Below are positions 48,675 to 62,962 of a DNA stretch of 64,000 nt, piece by piece (the first letter of the stretch is position 1; every line of letters starts with the position of its first letter). The stretch lies in assembly GCF_009914755.1 (NCBI RefSeq), contig NC_060928.1; one strand, 5' to 3'. This DNA comes from the human T2T-CHM13v2.0 reference genome, Homo sapiens. A program made the translations under genes and the position numbers. A model generated the notes under the pieces. The model was not told the origin of the DNA. It saw nothing but the letters and a program-made list of their open reading frames with translations, and did not search any database.

Positions 48675-49681
48675 ATAATGCTTATCGCAAGGAATAACAG
48701 TTGTGAAAATTGTTTGAATCGCCATTTGAGCTGGCGACTTTTTATGGAATGCCATTTTTATTTGGAAGAACAACAGACAGGTAAACTATGGTTTGTATCT
48801 TTGGCTGACATTTTCTCAAAAATGAACAAAATGAACCTGTCACTTCAAAGGAAACATGCAGTGTTTCCTTTGCATGTTTTGCTCATGTGAAAATTGAGTT
48901 TTCAATTAAAAAATAGAATTTGGAAAGGTTTACCTATACTTTAACACTTGTCTGGTGAGATCAGTCGCCATATTAACAAATGTTATTTTTTCATATGATG
49001 TGAAAAATCTGTCAACATTCGGAACATCTGCATAACTCAGTAAACCAATGTCTTCCAAATGACCAATGCATGTCACAAAATCTTGCATGGGTAAAAGATC
49101 GATTCAAATTTCAAAATAGACCAGCATATTTTATTATAATAGAGTATGAAAAGTTCACTGATGTGGTTTCAGGTTTCACATTGCAACTAACCCTTAAGGA
49201 ACTACTACTTTTTAGTTTTGGTGTAATATCAAAAAAGAATATCCATAATTATCTGAAAATCTTAAAAAGGAGGAACAATTAAAATATTCCTCTTTCCAAG
49301 TACATATGTATATGAGGCCAGTTTTTCTCACTATTACAGATTGCATGCAGGAATGGATATGAAAATCTAGATACTTTCTATTAAGCTAGATATTAAGATT
49401 TTCAAACCATAAGACAATGGTCTTTTTTTAGTACACTTTTCTCTGTTGTTGTTTTGGAAAACAGTTTTTTTTTCACAAAATATGTTGTAAGATTAACATG
49501 TAACAAGTTTATTATTATTTTAAATACATTAATATGTAAATATTGAAACTTTTCTCAGTTTTAATTTCTAATATGGTAAACATTAATAAATATAATCCAC
49601 ATAAGCAAAAGTTTTTTAGGGTCCTCAAAAATTCTGAAGAGCAGACAGGGTTCCATAAACTGAAACAATTAAGAATCCATG
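48675..49681 (+). mobile_element. Charlie1-family hAT DNA transposon, 3' part with decayed transposase
   Basis: tttttatggaatgccatttttatttggaagaacaacagacaggtaaactatgg...gacattttctcaaaaatgaac...tcacttcaa; terminal ataatccacataagcaaaag...gggtcctcaa. Confidence 0.85.
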
Positions 49682-50224
49682 ATTGGAAACAAAGAGAAAG
49701 GTAAGACCTTGAGCTTTATATTTAGGAGTAACCAGCACTTATCTGGTGACTTAAACATGCATGTGGATGAAACTGTTCAGAAGGAGTTTATAAAGGGAAA
49801 CAAAAGGACTCATAACTAAAACTTGAGATTTAATTTTTTAACCTGTCCAAGTCTCTCTCACTTACAAAATGTGAATACTATTATATGCATTATTGTAAAT
49901 GAGTTAACCTTTACAAAGTACTTGGCAAAAGTAGAAACTCAGTAAATGGTATTTATTTATCTTTCTTCTGGGGGATAATAAAGAATAAGTTCTTTAGACA
50001 GTTTTCAGGTGACTATTTAGTCAGGTACTCTTAGTTTTCTTTCTGTAGGAGCAAGTGGTGAGAAGTGAGAGGTGGCAAATGTTAGATTGAGAGAGACAAT
50101 GGAGAGGTAAGTGTAGCTTGACATCTGCCCTTACTGATTCATAGGTTCAAGTAGTCATTGGCATTAGAGATCATTTGTTTTCTTATTTCTTTTAAATTGA
50201 GTTTAACTGTTCTAGATATTTTGT

Positions 50225-50455
50225 GGTGTGGCAAAAGGAACAAGGACACTAGGATCAGGAGTGATTTAAATTCTGGCCCTGTTCCATACTGAATGCATTA
50301 CCTTAGGCAGACTCAACCTCTTGAAGCCCTCATTTCCTCGCCTGTAAAATGAAGACTTTGATACAGACCTCAGGTAGGAGTCATATTACACAGAGAGATG
50401 GAATTGAAACACCACCTGCCTTACATAATAGGTGCATAATAAATGGCAATTGTTA
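50225..50455 (+). mobile_element. MIR
   Basis: ttaccttaggcag...aacctctt...tttcctcgcctgtaaaatg...acataataggtgc. Confidence 0.75.
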
Positions 50456-51039
50456 CTGCCGTTTACTGAGGTGTGAGATAGAGAGGGCAACGATCTCAAA
50501 AGCAAGAAACTTATGCTTTCAAAATTTATGACTCCAGCAAAGAAGTTATGAATTATAACTGAGAGATGGAACTAAAAGAAAAATGAAAGTAGATGTGAAC
50601 AATAGAAAGAAAAATATTTTAGAAAAAAATTAGTTTGAAGATTTTGTTTTTCTATTGTGATTCAAATATCCATTTTAATTATTTTCAAAAGCATATACAC
50701 ACATATTTATCTATCTGTCTATCTATCTGACAAACATAAACTTAGGGCAATTGAAATTAAGTGTGGGATGAGGAAAGAATAGGAAAGGAAGAGTGGTGAA
50801 AGCGAAAACTACAGATTTCTAGATAGATATGGAGAGATAGCTATGACAGAAGACAGGTACATAAGATGGAGCATCTTTACAAGCTCGAAAGTTGAAAGAC
50901 CTTGCAATATCACTCAGCCCAAGGCCTGCGTTTTGCAACTATGGTGGTCATGTCATCTGCTAGTCTCCATTTTCTTGGCATTTCTTTATAGGTTATTAAT
51001 TTAAGGTTGATTTCTTTTCCTAAAGTGCCATGAATATGT

Positions 51040-51560
51040 TGGAGGCAGTACAGCTCAATAGAGAGCTCAGCTTTGGATCTTGGCTGAATAAAATTTGACC
51101 CTCAGCTCAGCCAATTTGGGAAAGTTAATTAATGTGACCTATCTTATTGAGTTCCTATCTGTGCCTGCACTACTTTCTAATGACATGATAGTGAGCAAAA
51201 GACACCTATAATACCTGCTTTTATGGACCTTAGGTATCAAGTGGGACATAGGCATTATTTAATAATGACACAAATGAATGTATAATTCCACATTGAAATA
51301 ATTTCTAGGTTTTATTAATGGGAGTGTGGGGAGTGCTATAGTCAGAAGAAACAGCATATGCGAAAGATTTGTGTCAGGAAGGAGCAAGGAACATTAAAAG
51401 CCTGAGAAAGAGCAGGTGAAGACAGTGAGAATACAGATGCCTTTCTTGTGTGTAGACTAGGGACAATAGCACACAAGGTTATTTAATGGATTAGTGAGAG
51501 CGTATGATAATCTCCAACCATTAGTGGCTACACATCAAATGGTGGTTACAAGGATCATTT
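51040..51560. mobile_element. MIR fragments interrupted by antisense L2
   Basis: MIR-like 51045-51130 and 51440-51550; ttattgag...tgtgcctgcacta...agtgagcaaaagacac (L2 3' end, antisense). Confidence 0.5.
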
Positions 51561-51652
51561 TATAATTGCTGAAGAGGTGAAGACTGTTCTTTGAACACAT
51601 AATGTCAGATCTGCCTTCTCTTTAACACTTTGGATGTACTCACCCTTTAAGG

Positions 51653-52005
51653 CAGACCACTCACAGACAACTGTGTCTCAGTCCCACAACCCTGCAATGC
51701 CCAGCAGACCTGTAGTTTGTGGGCAAAATGGAGTGTTTTCTTTCGGTCTTGAACTATGTAGAGGCCTGTTGGTGGAAAAAGGTATGTTGGGAAGGCGTGG
51801 TTAAAAGGAAGGAGGAAAGAAATCAAATCAGACCACTGGCAGACAAATATATCTCAGTCCCTACAGCCCTGCAATGCCAAGCAGACCTGTAGTTTGTGGA
51901 GAAAATGGAACGTTTTCTTTCGGTCTTGGACTATGTAGAGGCCTGTCAGTGGAAAAAGGTATGTTGGGAAGGTGTGGTTAAAAGGAAGGAGGAAAGAAAT
52001 CAAAT
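51653..52005 (+). repeat. Head-to-tail tandem duplication, 176/177-bp unit x2
   Basis: Copy 1 51653-51828 and copy 2 51829-52005 both run cagaccact...ggaaagaaatcaaat; about 16 differences by manual alignment (~91% identity). Confidence 0.96.
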
Positions 52006-52244
52006 AAACTTAGTTTTCAAAGTCTTCTTTCTCCCCAGACATGTTTTGAAATGTGACATTCCTTTCCTCCAATCTGTCATTTTTTATCCTTCAGGCAAAC
52101 GTTTAAACCTCCCAACATGTTTCTGCAAGCAACGTTCTGAACAAGGAAGCTAATATAGGAATTTTTTTCTGGCATTATCAGTGGAATTGAATTCAATTGC
52201 ATAGTCAGGTAGTCTTGCCTGTCTGGTGACATTCAAATGGACTC

Positions 52245-52500
52245 CAAGGAGAGGGGCCTGTAGCCCAGGAACTGCGGCACTCACAGCCTCAGACCAAATC
52301 CCTTCTTCATTCTTGACTTCTCTGTATTTTAGTTGTCCAATCAGATGAATGGGGATAATGATGAATATAGTAATACCTACTTCATAGAATTGTTGTGAGG
52401 ATTAAATGAGTAAACACAGTAAATGTGTAAAGCCTTTAGAACAGCTCCTGGCACAGAGTAAGTATGTGCAAGTGTGCAGGTGTTAGCTGGTGTTATGATG
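52245..52500 (+). mobile_element. MIR
   Basis: aatggggataatga...atacctacttcatagaattgttgtgaggattaaatgag...ttagaacagctcctggcacagagtaag. Confidence 0.85.
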
Positions 52501-54021
52501 TCTGAAGTGGCTGCCAGTTTTGCCCTCCCTCCTTCCAACATATACACTTGCACACCCACATGTCCATATACATATATAAATAGAAATAATGTGTATATAT
52601 ATATATATATGCACACAAGATTTTTATGATCTTGTCAGGAAGGATATGTTTTCAGGGTGTCGTATAATTGAAAAGACTTTGAATTTAGTAAGTTTTCAAA
52701 TACCATAGTTATTTAAGACAACAGACAAAAGGAAGAACATGTTTTAATTTCTACAGCATCTTTCTAGGATCTAGTGTTGTTTCATAACAGTTAGTGCATG
52801 AGGTGGAAAGGAGTGGGAGAGGATTATTTTGGGGATAGTTCTTCTTCCCTTTCCTGATATGTGTAAACATCAATCCACATCAACTTTACCAGTTGTCCCG
52901 TGGCCCTGGCACCCACCCCAGCAAAATGAAGCCCTAAGGAGAAATTACAGAAGATAGCAGGGAGGGGGGTTGAGAAGCCAGTGTATTCCTTGTGCTTCCT
53001 GTGTCCAGACTAAGGTCCCGTGACCACCTTTGCTTGCAGAAGGCTGAGCTCTCCTGAGTAAGAACTCAAGTTTTTTTCCAGTCTTCAGGTTTCTGAGTAA
53101 TTTTGCCTTTGGGTACACAAGAAGGGATTAACGGACACATTAGCACCTCTTCTCCAAACTCCACATCAGCTGTTATCCGAAACAGCTCACATTTCCATTG
53201 CAACCTTACAGCCAGAGGGTCACCTTGTTTCCTGTCAATCTGTCACTGTGAGGATCTGTTTTTTTGCCATTCTTTTATGAAGTTGGAGAACTTGAGGCTG
53301 CAGGAGCTTGTGCTCAGTTTTGTTGAAGCTGCAGTTCCAGCACACATATCAACCATTTCTCATTTTCATACATGTTACTACTTGAGTCCTATTTGTGGCT
53401 CTCTACATTGCCAAATTCAACACATTTTCTTGGCCACCACTGACATTTGTCATGTTCCCAACTTTCTTTGCTCTAATAATTTGTATTTCCCTAGAAACCC
53501 CTATAAAAGGAAATGTTGACACTCATGTATGAGTGAAATGTGGGCTCTACCTGGGGTTAATGGTAACCCCCATATTTCACTGACATTTGTTCCTTAACTA
53601 CATAGCACGAGAAGTCAGTCCCCAGAAAAATCCCTTCTAAGGTTTTCTAGATTCTCCTGGGAGATTTCAACCCAGTCCTCCCATATTCTTCTCCCTGCCC
53701 CCCATCTGCAACATTTTAGGCCATACCAATTCCTCTGCTGTTGGGTTTCTTTATGGAAAAGCTCATATCCAAGTCTGAGACAAAGGTGTTTTATCCTGAG
53801 GCTTTCAAAACTGTGAACCCTGGAAAGGCCCAAGTGGTCCATACATCAGTGAGGAGAGGGTTCCCGCTTCCCTTGTGCACATTGCTACCAGGCCCAAATC
53901 ATACTGCTCAAGTCCAAGGCCTCAGAGAGTTCTTCCTGGAGAAGAAAGGTCCCTCCTCTGCCTCTAGCACTCCTTCTCTTCAGTCAAAAATCTGTTATGC
54001 ATCTAAGAAATAAAATTGAGA

Positions 54022-54465
54022 TGTCTGGCTTCTGGTCTGGCATGTAAAGAGCTTAGAATTTGTTACTTTGTCCTAACAACAGGTAAAAATCTGAACAAAC
54101 TGAACAATCAACAACTCTTCTTAGAGAAGTGAAGTCACAGAGTAAAGTGCTGCTCCCAAAATTTGAGAGACAGATAGGCAGACACAGGGAATCACAGCTT
54201 ACCTAAGCAGAAATCTACTAGTAGAAAACCACCTTGGGCACCTGTGCTGGGTATGGAAACCTGAACTGCATTGATGAGTTGCTGGAGGCTCAGCATGGAC
54301 AAGCCTGGGAGTTAAAAATCTGGGGTAGGGGACAGTCATGGGGAGGTTCTCACTTTCTGTGAGTTTTAACTCTAGGAGCTCCACCAGGTTCTTACAGTAA
54401 ATGTTGGAGAAAACTCCACTCATGCTTCCAGGAGAGGAAGGGGAAATATACCAGAGCATCCTGAT
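54022..54465 (+). mobile_element. Old L1 5'-end fragment (L1MD/MC-type 5'UTR)
   Basis: gtcctaacaacaggtaaaaatctgaacaaactgaacaatcaacaactcttcttaga...gaagtgaagtcacag. Confidence 0.65.
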
Positions 54466-54842
54466 GTTGCTGGTTCTGGAACCAGACTTTGGAATAGGGT
54501 GTTGACCACTGTTTGCTGCTTCTCTTTTCTATGGCTTGACACAAACCACTTCTGCACCTTCACTGCTGAACTCTGTGCCTGTGCGCTGGCCTGCTCGCCT
54601 TCACATTCAGGGACCCTGCCATGGCTGAGAGTGAGGGCTACACAAGAATGCATGGCAGTAAGCTGAAGTCTCATCCTTCCCAGCTGAGCTTTGCTTCTGC
54701 AACTAGGAGAACTGACATTTCCTCTCCCTTGGTAGTGGTGATTACTCCATAGAAGCACCTGTACCAAATAATTGATTGAGCTAATTCATTAATTCCTCAG
54801 ATGAAGAGAGGGAGGGAACTAAGACAGGGAATGGGTTAAGCC

Positions 54843-55013
54843 AATAGTTCAGTGTGCACATGGAATGCTTACTAAAAATGCAGATTCCCCACCACTTCCA
54901 CCATCGCCTCACAAGAGTCCTGATCTCTTAGGTCTATGGTAGGTTAAGAAACAGCATTTTAAAGAAACACCCAGATGATTTAAGCATAGTAATCAGAGGA
55001 TCCACTTTGAGAT
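54843..55013. mobile_element. MER5-family element
   Basis: ttactaaaaatgcagattcc...gcattttaaagaaacacccagatgatt...ccactttgaga. Confidence 0.7.
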
Positions 55014-55490
55014 ATATTTGATTACATACTTGACCCAAGTTTGCCCAGAGAATGGCATACAATAAATATAAATCATGTCTGTCTTTCAAATATGTTCTTG
55101 CACTGTGCACAAGCAATATTTAGGCTCCGAAGAGGCAAGATCGACCAAATGACCAATTCTCTTTCAACTACAACTTGCTGTCTCTTTGCGAATGACTCTG
55201 GTAAATTCTTGAGGTGAGTTATGTTTTGCTGTGCATCTATTTCAGCCACTGTTATTTAAGAAAAGGATAACTATAGGCATCAAAAAATATAATAGCAAAT
55301 TGTGCTTTCTCTAAGGCAACACATTTAAAAACCATATAAATCCAAATATATATCAAATGATGTAATTTAATTTGATGCAATTCAATACATTACAGCACAA
55401 TACAGCAAAACACAATGTAATGTAGTACAAACCGCACTGCAACTTCAGTGCAGTGGGGTTAACGCAGTCCTCATTTCAGGTCTTGGGCTG

Positions 55491-55507
55491 CAGCGCCCTC
55501 TAGTGAC
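55491..55507 (-). promoter_or_regulatory. Candidate CTCF binding site
   Basis: Minus strand GTCACTAGAGGGCGCTG vs core consensus CCAC(C/T)AG(A/G)(G/T)GGCGC; CpGs retained in otherwise CpG-poor unique DNA. Confidence 0.65.
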
Positions 55508-56171
55508 GTAAACTTTTTTTTTTTTTTTTTTTTTTTGCGTGTTTGTAGTGGCTACAGCTGCACCTGGCACGGAATAACTGTCAACAAACAGCCTGTTCAA
55601 ATGGGAACGAGCTGAGGCCCAGCTGACTCCAATGTTATATGTCAACAGAAATTCTAGATTAACAGATTTTCCTGAGCTGCCACCTGACCTAGTGATAAAG
55701 TAACTAATTGTGCTTTTCATAGTATTAACTGTTTTCACTACATTCTTTTGATTTGTGACAAATAAAAGAAGAACTGTAATCAGCTTGATTTTTTAGCCTG
55801 CAGAACAGGAGGCTGGAGTGACAATACAAGGGTATTAGAAACCCTATGAAGATTAATATAAAACAAATACAAATAGAATAGACAATAGAATATAACAGAA
55901 ATAAAACACTGTATCCTCTAATATACAGTCATCTCCTCTCCATGGTTGAAGAGCAGCTGCTCCTTTGCTATTTGGAGACAGCAAGGATAATGCTAATAAT
56001 AAGAAATCCTTATTTTAAGAAATATGCATGCGTACTAATAATTTATTGAATACCTAGTATGCTTCAGCCTCTAATGAAATACAGGGACAAGCATGCTAAC
56101 ACACCTTAAGCCATTTTTTCTGCATGTGGGCTCCTTTTCCTTTCTCACACACTTGCTGAGGGTTATAAGGG

Positions 56172-56350
56172 CTTTATTGAGGTCAGGTACTGTATTAAGC
56201 ACTTTATTACGCTGTTTTCATTTAAGCCTTATAATCAACAAATGAGGTAGGTATCGCCATCACGATTTTAGGATACTCAGACTGAGTAAGTGTCAATAAC
56301 AGGTTCAAGGTAATACTGCAGGTAGGCAGCAGGGCATGATTTGAACCTGT
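56172..56350 (-). mobile_element. MIR
   Basis: caggtactgtattaagcacttta...tcatttaa...atgaggtaggta...caaggt...gatttgaacc. Confidence 0.7.
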
Positions 56351-56967
56351 TAGTCGGCAGAGTGGTGGGATAGATTGAGGATTTAAAAGAGCATAAAAGT
56401 TCAGAGGAGGCTGTTTTGTTGTGGCATCAGCTGGGGAACTCATTAAATAATGTGTTATTTCTCTTTAATGTGAGCTCCCTACTGTCATCCTTTTCTCTCT
56501 CTTCCTTCCAGTATTCATAGAGCATCTCCTTTCCGTGCTATTCACTGGTAACAAACTCTGAAGATACAAACACAGAAGGATACTTTAGTGAGATACTGAT
56601 TTCTGTTTCCCCAGATTTTTTTCCTTTTTGGATTCCCAGCTCTTATGTTCCCTTGTCTGAGGAGAGGTGGAAAATAAGTTGCTAGAGGCAACCTTCATTT
56701 GGCTTTTTGCTTTCTTAAAACATAAGGTATCCAAAAAGTTGTACTGAGGGAGGAAAGAAGGGGGAAAATACAGAGCAGAGCTTTGAAGCATAAGAAGAGG
56801 TAAGAGGAGACATTTCCTCAGAATGTGAATAAAACAGTGTCAGTGGATCCTGAGGGTAGCAGTGCCTCATCCCCTGGCAGCCTCTTGGAAGGATAACAAG
56901 GAGGTATTAGTACAACTAGCAGTCATAGACATGGGAGCTTCCAGTCTTAGAAAAGGCATCCAAGGCT

Positions 56968-57099
56968 CAGGGTTCCATATAATTTATTATCTAAACAGGG
57001 CCACTGTTGAAAGTGAAAGGAGATGCTATTAATAATTATGCCCAAATAATAGGTGTCAATAGGAACTGTCTGGAACAAGCTGGCACATATGGTCACCCC
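56968..57099 (+). mobile_element. MER94-like hAT-Blackjack MITE
   Basis: cagggttccatataattt...gaaagtgaaagg...gctattaataattatgcc...atatggtcaccc; the ends are imperfect inverted repeats. Confidence 0.75.
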
Positions 57100-57229
57100 G
57101 CCTATGATCTTTTTGACTCAGAAATAATGGAGTCCCTGCCTTGAACGTCCCTGCCTTGAGTCCCTTGAGTGTCCAGGCGTCTTTGAACAATGAGAATTTC
57201 AGATTCTACTGTGTTTGCTTTTCTTTTTA

Positions 57230-58810
<1,581 letters not shown>

Positions 58811-58814
58811 CAAA

Positions 58815-61080
58815 AAGGAGTCAGGGAAGTGGGTATGCTGGAGTAGACATACTGTGTAAGACTGAAAACCCCACAAGACGATTATGTCGCATAGAAAGTC
58901 CTGGTGGGTAGATCACTTGTGAAGGCCACTGGGAACATGTTGGTGAGATTGGCATCAACATCAGTAGATTCAGTGGTATATCTCCCAGGCTGGCTGGAGC
59001 TGATGCATAAGGCCATCTGGCTGTACTTAGCCATCAAGAACAAGTGGATGTGATCGATATAATGAGTGGCAAGCTCAGAGTGGTCGGTGTAGGACCCTGA
59101 CCTGCAGAGAATGATCGTGACGGTTAATAGAACATGGTATATCCTAGAGGTGAATAGCGGGGCCACCAACAAGGACAGTACTCAACTTGTACCATCAGAA
59201 GAAATCAAGGTTGGATGGTCAAGAGATTGAGTGCGGTTGTGCCAATAAAATGTCTTGGTCCTTTTCCCAGTTTCCAGACCTAAGCCTGTTTTTAATACTG
59301 GAACCCATTAATTAACCCACCTGTGTGGGAGTCATTCCTACTTCCAAATATGTAGCTGGGCTTGATATACATGATAGTTGGTACAAATCTTATGTTATGT
59401 CCTTGGTGGGTAGGGTAAGAGCTGTCACAGATGAGAATGTCAAATACAAGCACTTAAATGATCCACCTCCACCCACCTATTCCTGGTCAAAATGGTAAGT
59501 AAAAAGCAGGGTAGTATATTAGAGGAGGGAGGGCAGTTGAAAATTGTTGCCACTCTTAAGTATCTGGAAGACATGGTGGGGGTTGTTCCTGTCATATTTC
59601 ATTTAGCAGTGTGGCTTCTGAAGAAAACAGATGATACTGGTGGACTATTGTCTCCACAAACTCAACCAGGTGGTAGCAACACCCCTAACTGCAGCCACTG
59701 TGCCAGACCGAGCAGATGAACCTGGCCTCAGATATGTGGTGGGGAGCTACTGATTTGGCAAGTGTTCTTTTCTATTCCTATCAAAAAAGAGTTCCCGTTC
59801 ACATAGAATGGATAATCATATATATTCAGAGTTTTTCCCTGAGGCTGCCCCATCTTTTGTAATAATATAGTCTAAAGCAATTGGACTGTCTAGACATCTT
59901 CCAGAATATCACACTGATCCACTGTGTCAATGACATCATGGTAATCAGGTCAGATGAGCAAGAATTGGCTGGCACATTGGAGGCTTTAAGACAAATGTGC
60001 TCCGGAGGGTAGAAGAGAAACCCTTCAAAGATTTAAGTTCCTGACATACCAGTGCCAGCATATTCCTTCCTGCCCCTATCATATGTATCAGTAGGCCTAT
60101 CTCCTTCTACGTCCTCCTGATGGTCGGGGTCAAATCCGTGATCAGCATTACCAAGCCATGATGGTGACTCCTTTTCTTGCCTGCTGGTGCCTGCACAGAA
60201 AAAGACTGAAGTGCTTTCAGAGGCCATATCTTATAATTCAATAGGATGCTTAGTTGTGGCCTATTTAATGTGTTCTTGATAGGGAACAAAATTTCTAACC
60301 TTGAAGCTTCCAGAATTGCCAGGAAAGAAAGCATACATTCCCCAAGTGCATCATTGGGATGGATGTTAAGCAGGACCACTTCTGCTTTCACCTCTTTATT
60401 CTCAAACTCATGCAGTCATCTGGTTAAGGTCATTGCACCATATAAGGTCTTCGGTTCAAGGTACATATACTACCTAGATGATGGCTCCCATTCTTGTGGT
60501 AAGATATCACCTCTAGGCTGGTGTTTCAGTTGTGCCTTTGGCAGGCCACTCTAATGCTCTATTGGGCTGCTGACCTCTGGGTGATTCAGTTTTTGATACA
60601 ATCAGTGAATCTCACGGCCATGAGCCAATTCCTTTGTCTCCTGTGTGTGTCTCTGATTAAGCGTGATGTTAGGTGGCACCCCATACCCATGCACTGAACT
60701 CAGAAGATCTACTTTAGTGCCTCTTGGTGCTCTCTTGCCCAATTTTGATGGTAAATAGACAAGTGTAGCAATCCTGGCTTGAGAAAGGCACTGCGATCAG
60801 GGATGTAGGCTCATTGAGAACGAGTTTCTGGGTCACGTCACCAGGAAAGCCTCTAAGACAAACAGCGGTGGCAGCTGAAAAGAAGGGAGATCTACAGTGA
60901 ACAATGAAGGAGGGAGACAATCAATTGAAATTCCACAGCCAGTTGCAGAGGCAAGGACTATAGTTCTTCCCACTTAATTGTCTTTCCTAAGTTTGCCCCA
61001 GGAAGAGAGGCCATAGAATTCTGGAAGAGCTATTCCCCATATATTGAAAAAAAGTGGATCCCAGCAGTGCTAGGGGTGGA
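58815..61080 (+). mobile_element. ERVL-class (HERV16-like) internal remnant: gag/pol fragments, with inverted integrase segment ~60051-60700
   Basis: Decayed RT motifs at ~59800-59950 (FT*NG..Y.F.VFP*G, similar to FTWNG..YTFTVLPQG; QNITLIHCVNDIMVI, similar to LVHYIDDIML); integrase-like HPEVSSPIEH*SGLPKAQLKHQ on the minus strand; PPT-like aggggtgga just before the LTR. Confidence 0.8.
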
Positions 61081-61290
61081 CGGAAGTGAACATGCAGCTG
61101 TGCCACCCAGATTCTCTTTCATTGCCACTGGAGCACTTCAGCAATCACACCAGCTAGAGAGTCACCTCACCCAAGGTCATGCCCTTCTGGGGCCTGCCCA
61201 CACCCAGTAACTGATAAAAGTGAAGGGACAAAGACCCATTTGATTCAAGGCAGAACAACTCTGCTGTGCCATTAAAGCAGCAGGAATGAT
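61081..61290 (+). mobile_element. LTR16-like LTR fragment
   Basis: tgtgccacccagat...gagagtcacctcacccaaggtcatgcccttc...gcccacacccagtaactg...aggcagaacaactctg. Confidence 0.7.
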
Positions 61291-61542
61291 CATTTAAGCT
61301 ACGACTTAATAGACAGTCTAGGAGAAGTAGATGCACATTTATTTAAAGTTTCTGCTATTGTTTGAAATTAGAATGCTATTAAATTTTCATTACTATGAAT
61401 AATATGATGGAGATATCTTAAGCATGCAATTTTTCTCTCTTGAAAGAATATTTACAGGATAAAGTCCTAAGAGCAGTGTTACTAACTCAAGGCACATGTA
61501 TATTTTTATACCTCCTGACCTCCATTGCTTAATTGCTTTTCA

Positions 61543-61890
<348 letters not shown>

Positions 61891-62282
61891 TAATTGCTTT
61901 TCAAAAGAGTCTCACAGGTTTGCTGTGGCATACATAAACATATATGCTTCTGTATAGTCCACACCTTGTTGACTTTTCTAGCTCAAGTATTTGTAGACTC
62001 TCAAAAATTCTGCTCAGTTTTTCTTGGCATGAAGAATTGTTTAGCTAATTTTGAAAACTTGTGTTCACAAAGTCTAAAAATTTAATCCAAATTTGAATGA
62101 GGAAGATGAGACAGTTTATCAACTTTCTCTAATGAAAGTTACTGGTAACATGAAAAAACAATTTCCTACTCATACAATAAATCTACACATATCTTTTTCA
62201 GCCTTTTTGGACTTTGTTGTTGTTGTTGTTTAGTGGAAAGATTTGCTTTATATGATTAGACATTGAAAAATTTGTATGGCTT

Positions 62283-62787
62283 TGGGAAAGAAAAAGATGC
62301 CTCTGACATCCAGGAGCTGGCCTGGCACTCCAGCTATGTCTTAGCGATCTCCTCTTCAAATAAATGATTTCACAGAATACCGACATCAGACAATGCCACC
62401 CTATGACCATGGTGAATCAAGACAAAAACAAGACCTCTCCGTAACCATGCATGAACACAGGCAAAGAATGAAATCTGTTTAAATCACAAACATGGCCCAA
62501 TATCTCCCAATCCTGGCTAATTAGAGTGGCTATTGCTTGTTTATTGCTGACAGTTTTAGCTTGACTCTAGTCTTCCCTCTTCCTAGATAAGAATTATTGA
62601 GAGATCCAGTCATGACCTTATATCACTTCCTAACAACATCCGATCTAGAGCAAAGCCATGCTTCTCAAACCCTCCTCCAAATCACGTGACACAAGGCCAC
62701 ATTCTGTAAGTTCTTTCTAATGCCCTTTTAGTAAGACACCCCACCCCCCGCCCCGCACCATGTGTGTTCCTGGAGGAGGACATTGAG
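62283..62787 (+). mobile_element. MER67-family ERV1 solo LTR (3' internal deletion)
   Basis: ctgacatccaggagctggcctggcactc...acatcagacaatgccac...tcaagacaaaaacaagacc...ctagataaga...agagcaaagcc. Confidence 0.8.
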
Positions 62788-62897
62788 AACTTTAAAAATT
62801 TACCTTTTAGTAATTTCAGATTAACTTGGTTAGATTTATTGGAGAGCAAAACAATTCTCCCTCAGGTGACTTCCAAGGGATAATTATGGGATAATGT

Positions 62898-62962
62898 ATT
62901 AGGTTGATGCAAAAATAGTTGTGTTTTTTAACAGTAGTTTCAATGGCAAAACCCACAATTAT
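62898..62962. mobile_element. Truncated MADE (mariner-derived MITE)
   Basis: tattaggttgatgcaaaa...aatggcaaaacccacaatta. Confidence 0.7.

Noticed and set aside
52880-54000. Possible LTR16/ERVL-derived segment
   Set aside because: Composition and a few phrases are suggestive, but I could not match it confidently; needs RepeatMasker.
55355-55905. Decayed 5-bp periodic tracts (AATAC/AATGT-like at ~55355-55430; AATAG-like at ~55855-55905)
   Set aside because: Old degenerate pentanucleotide microsatellites with no further structure.
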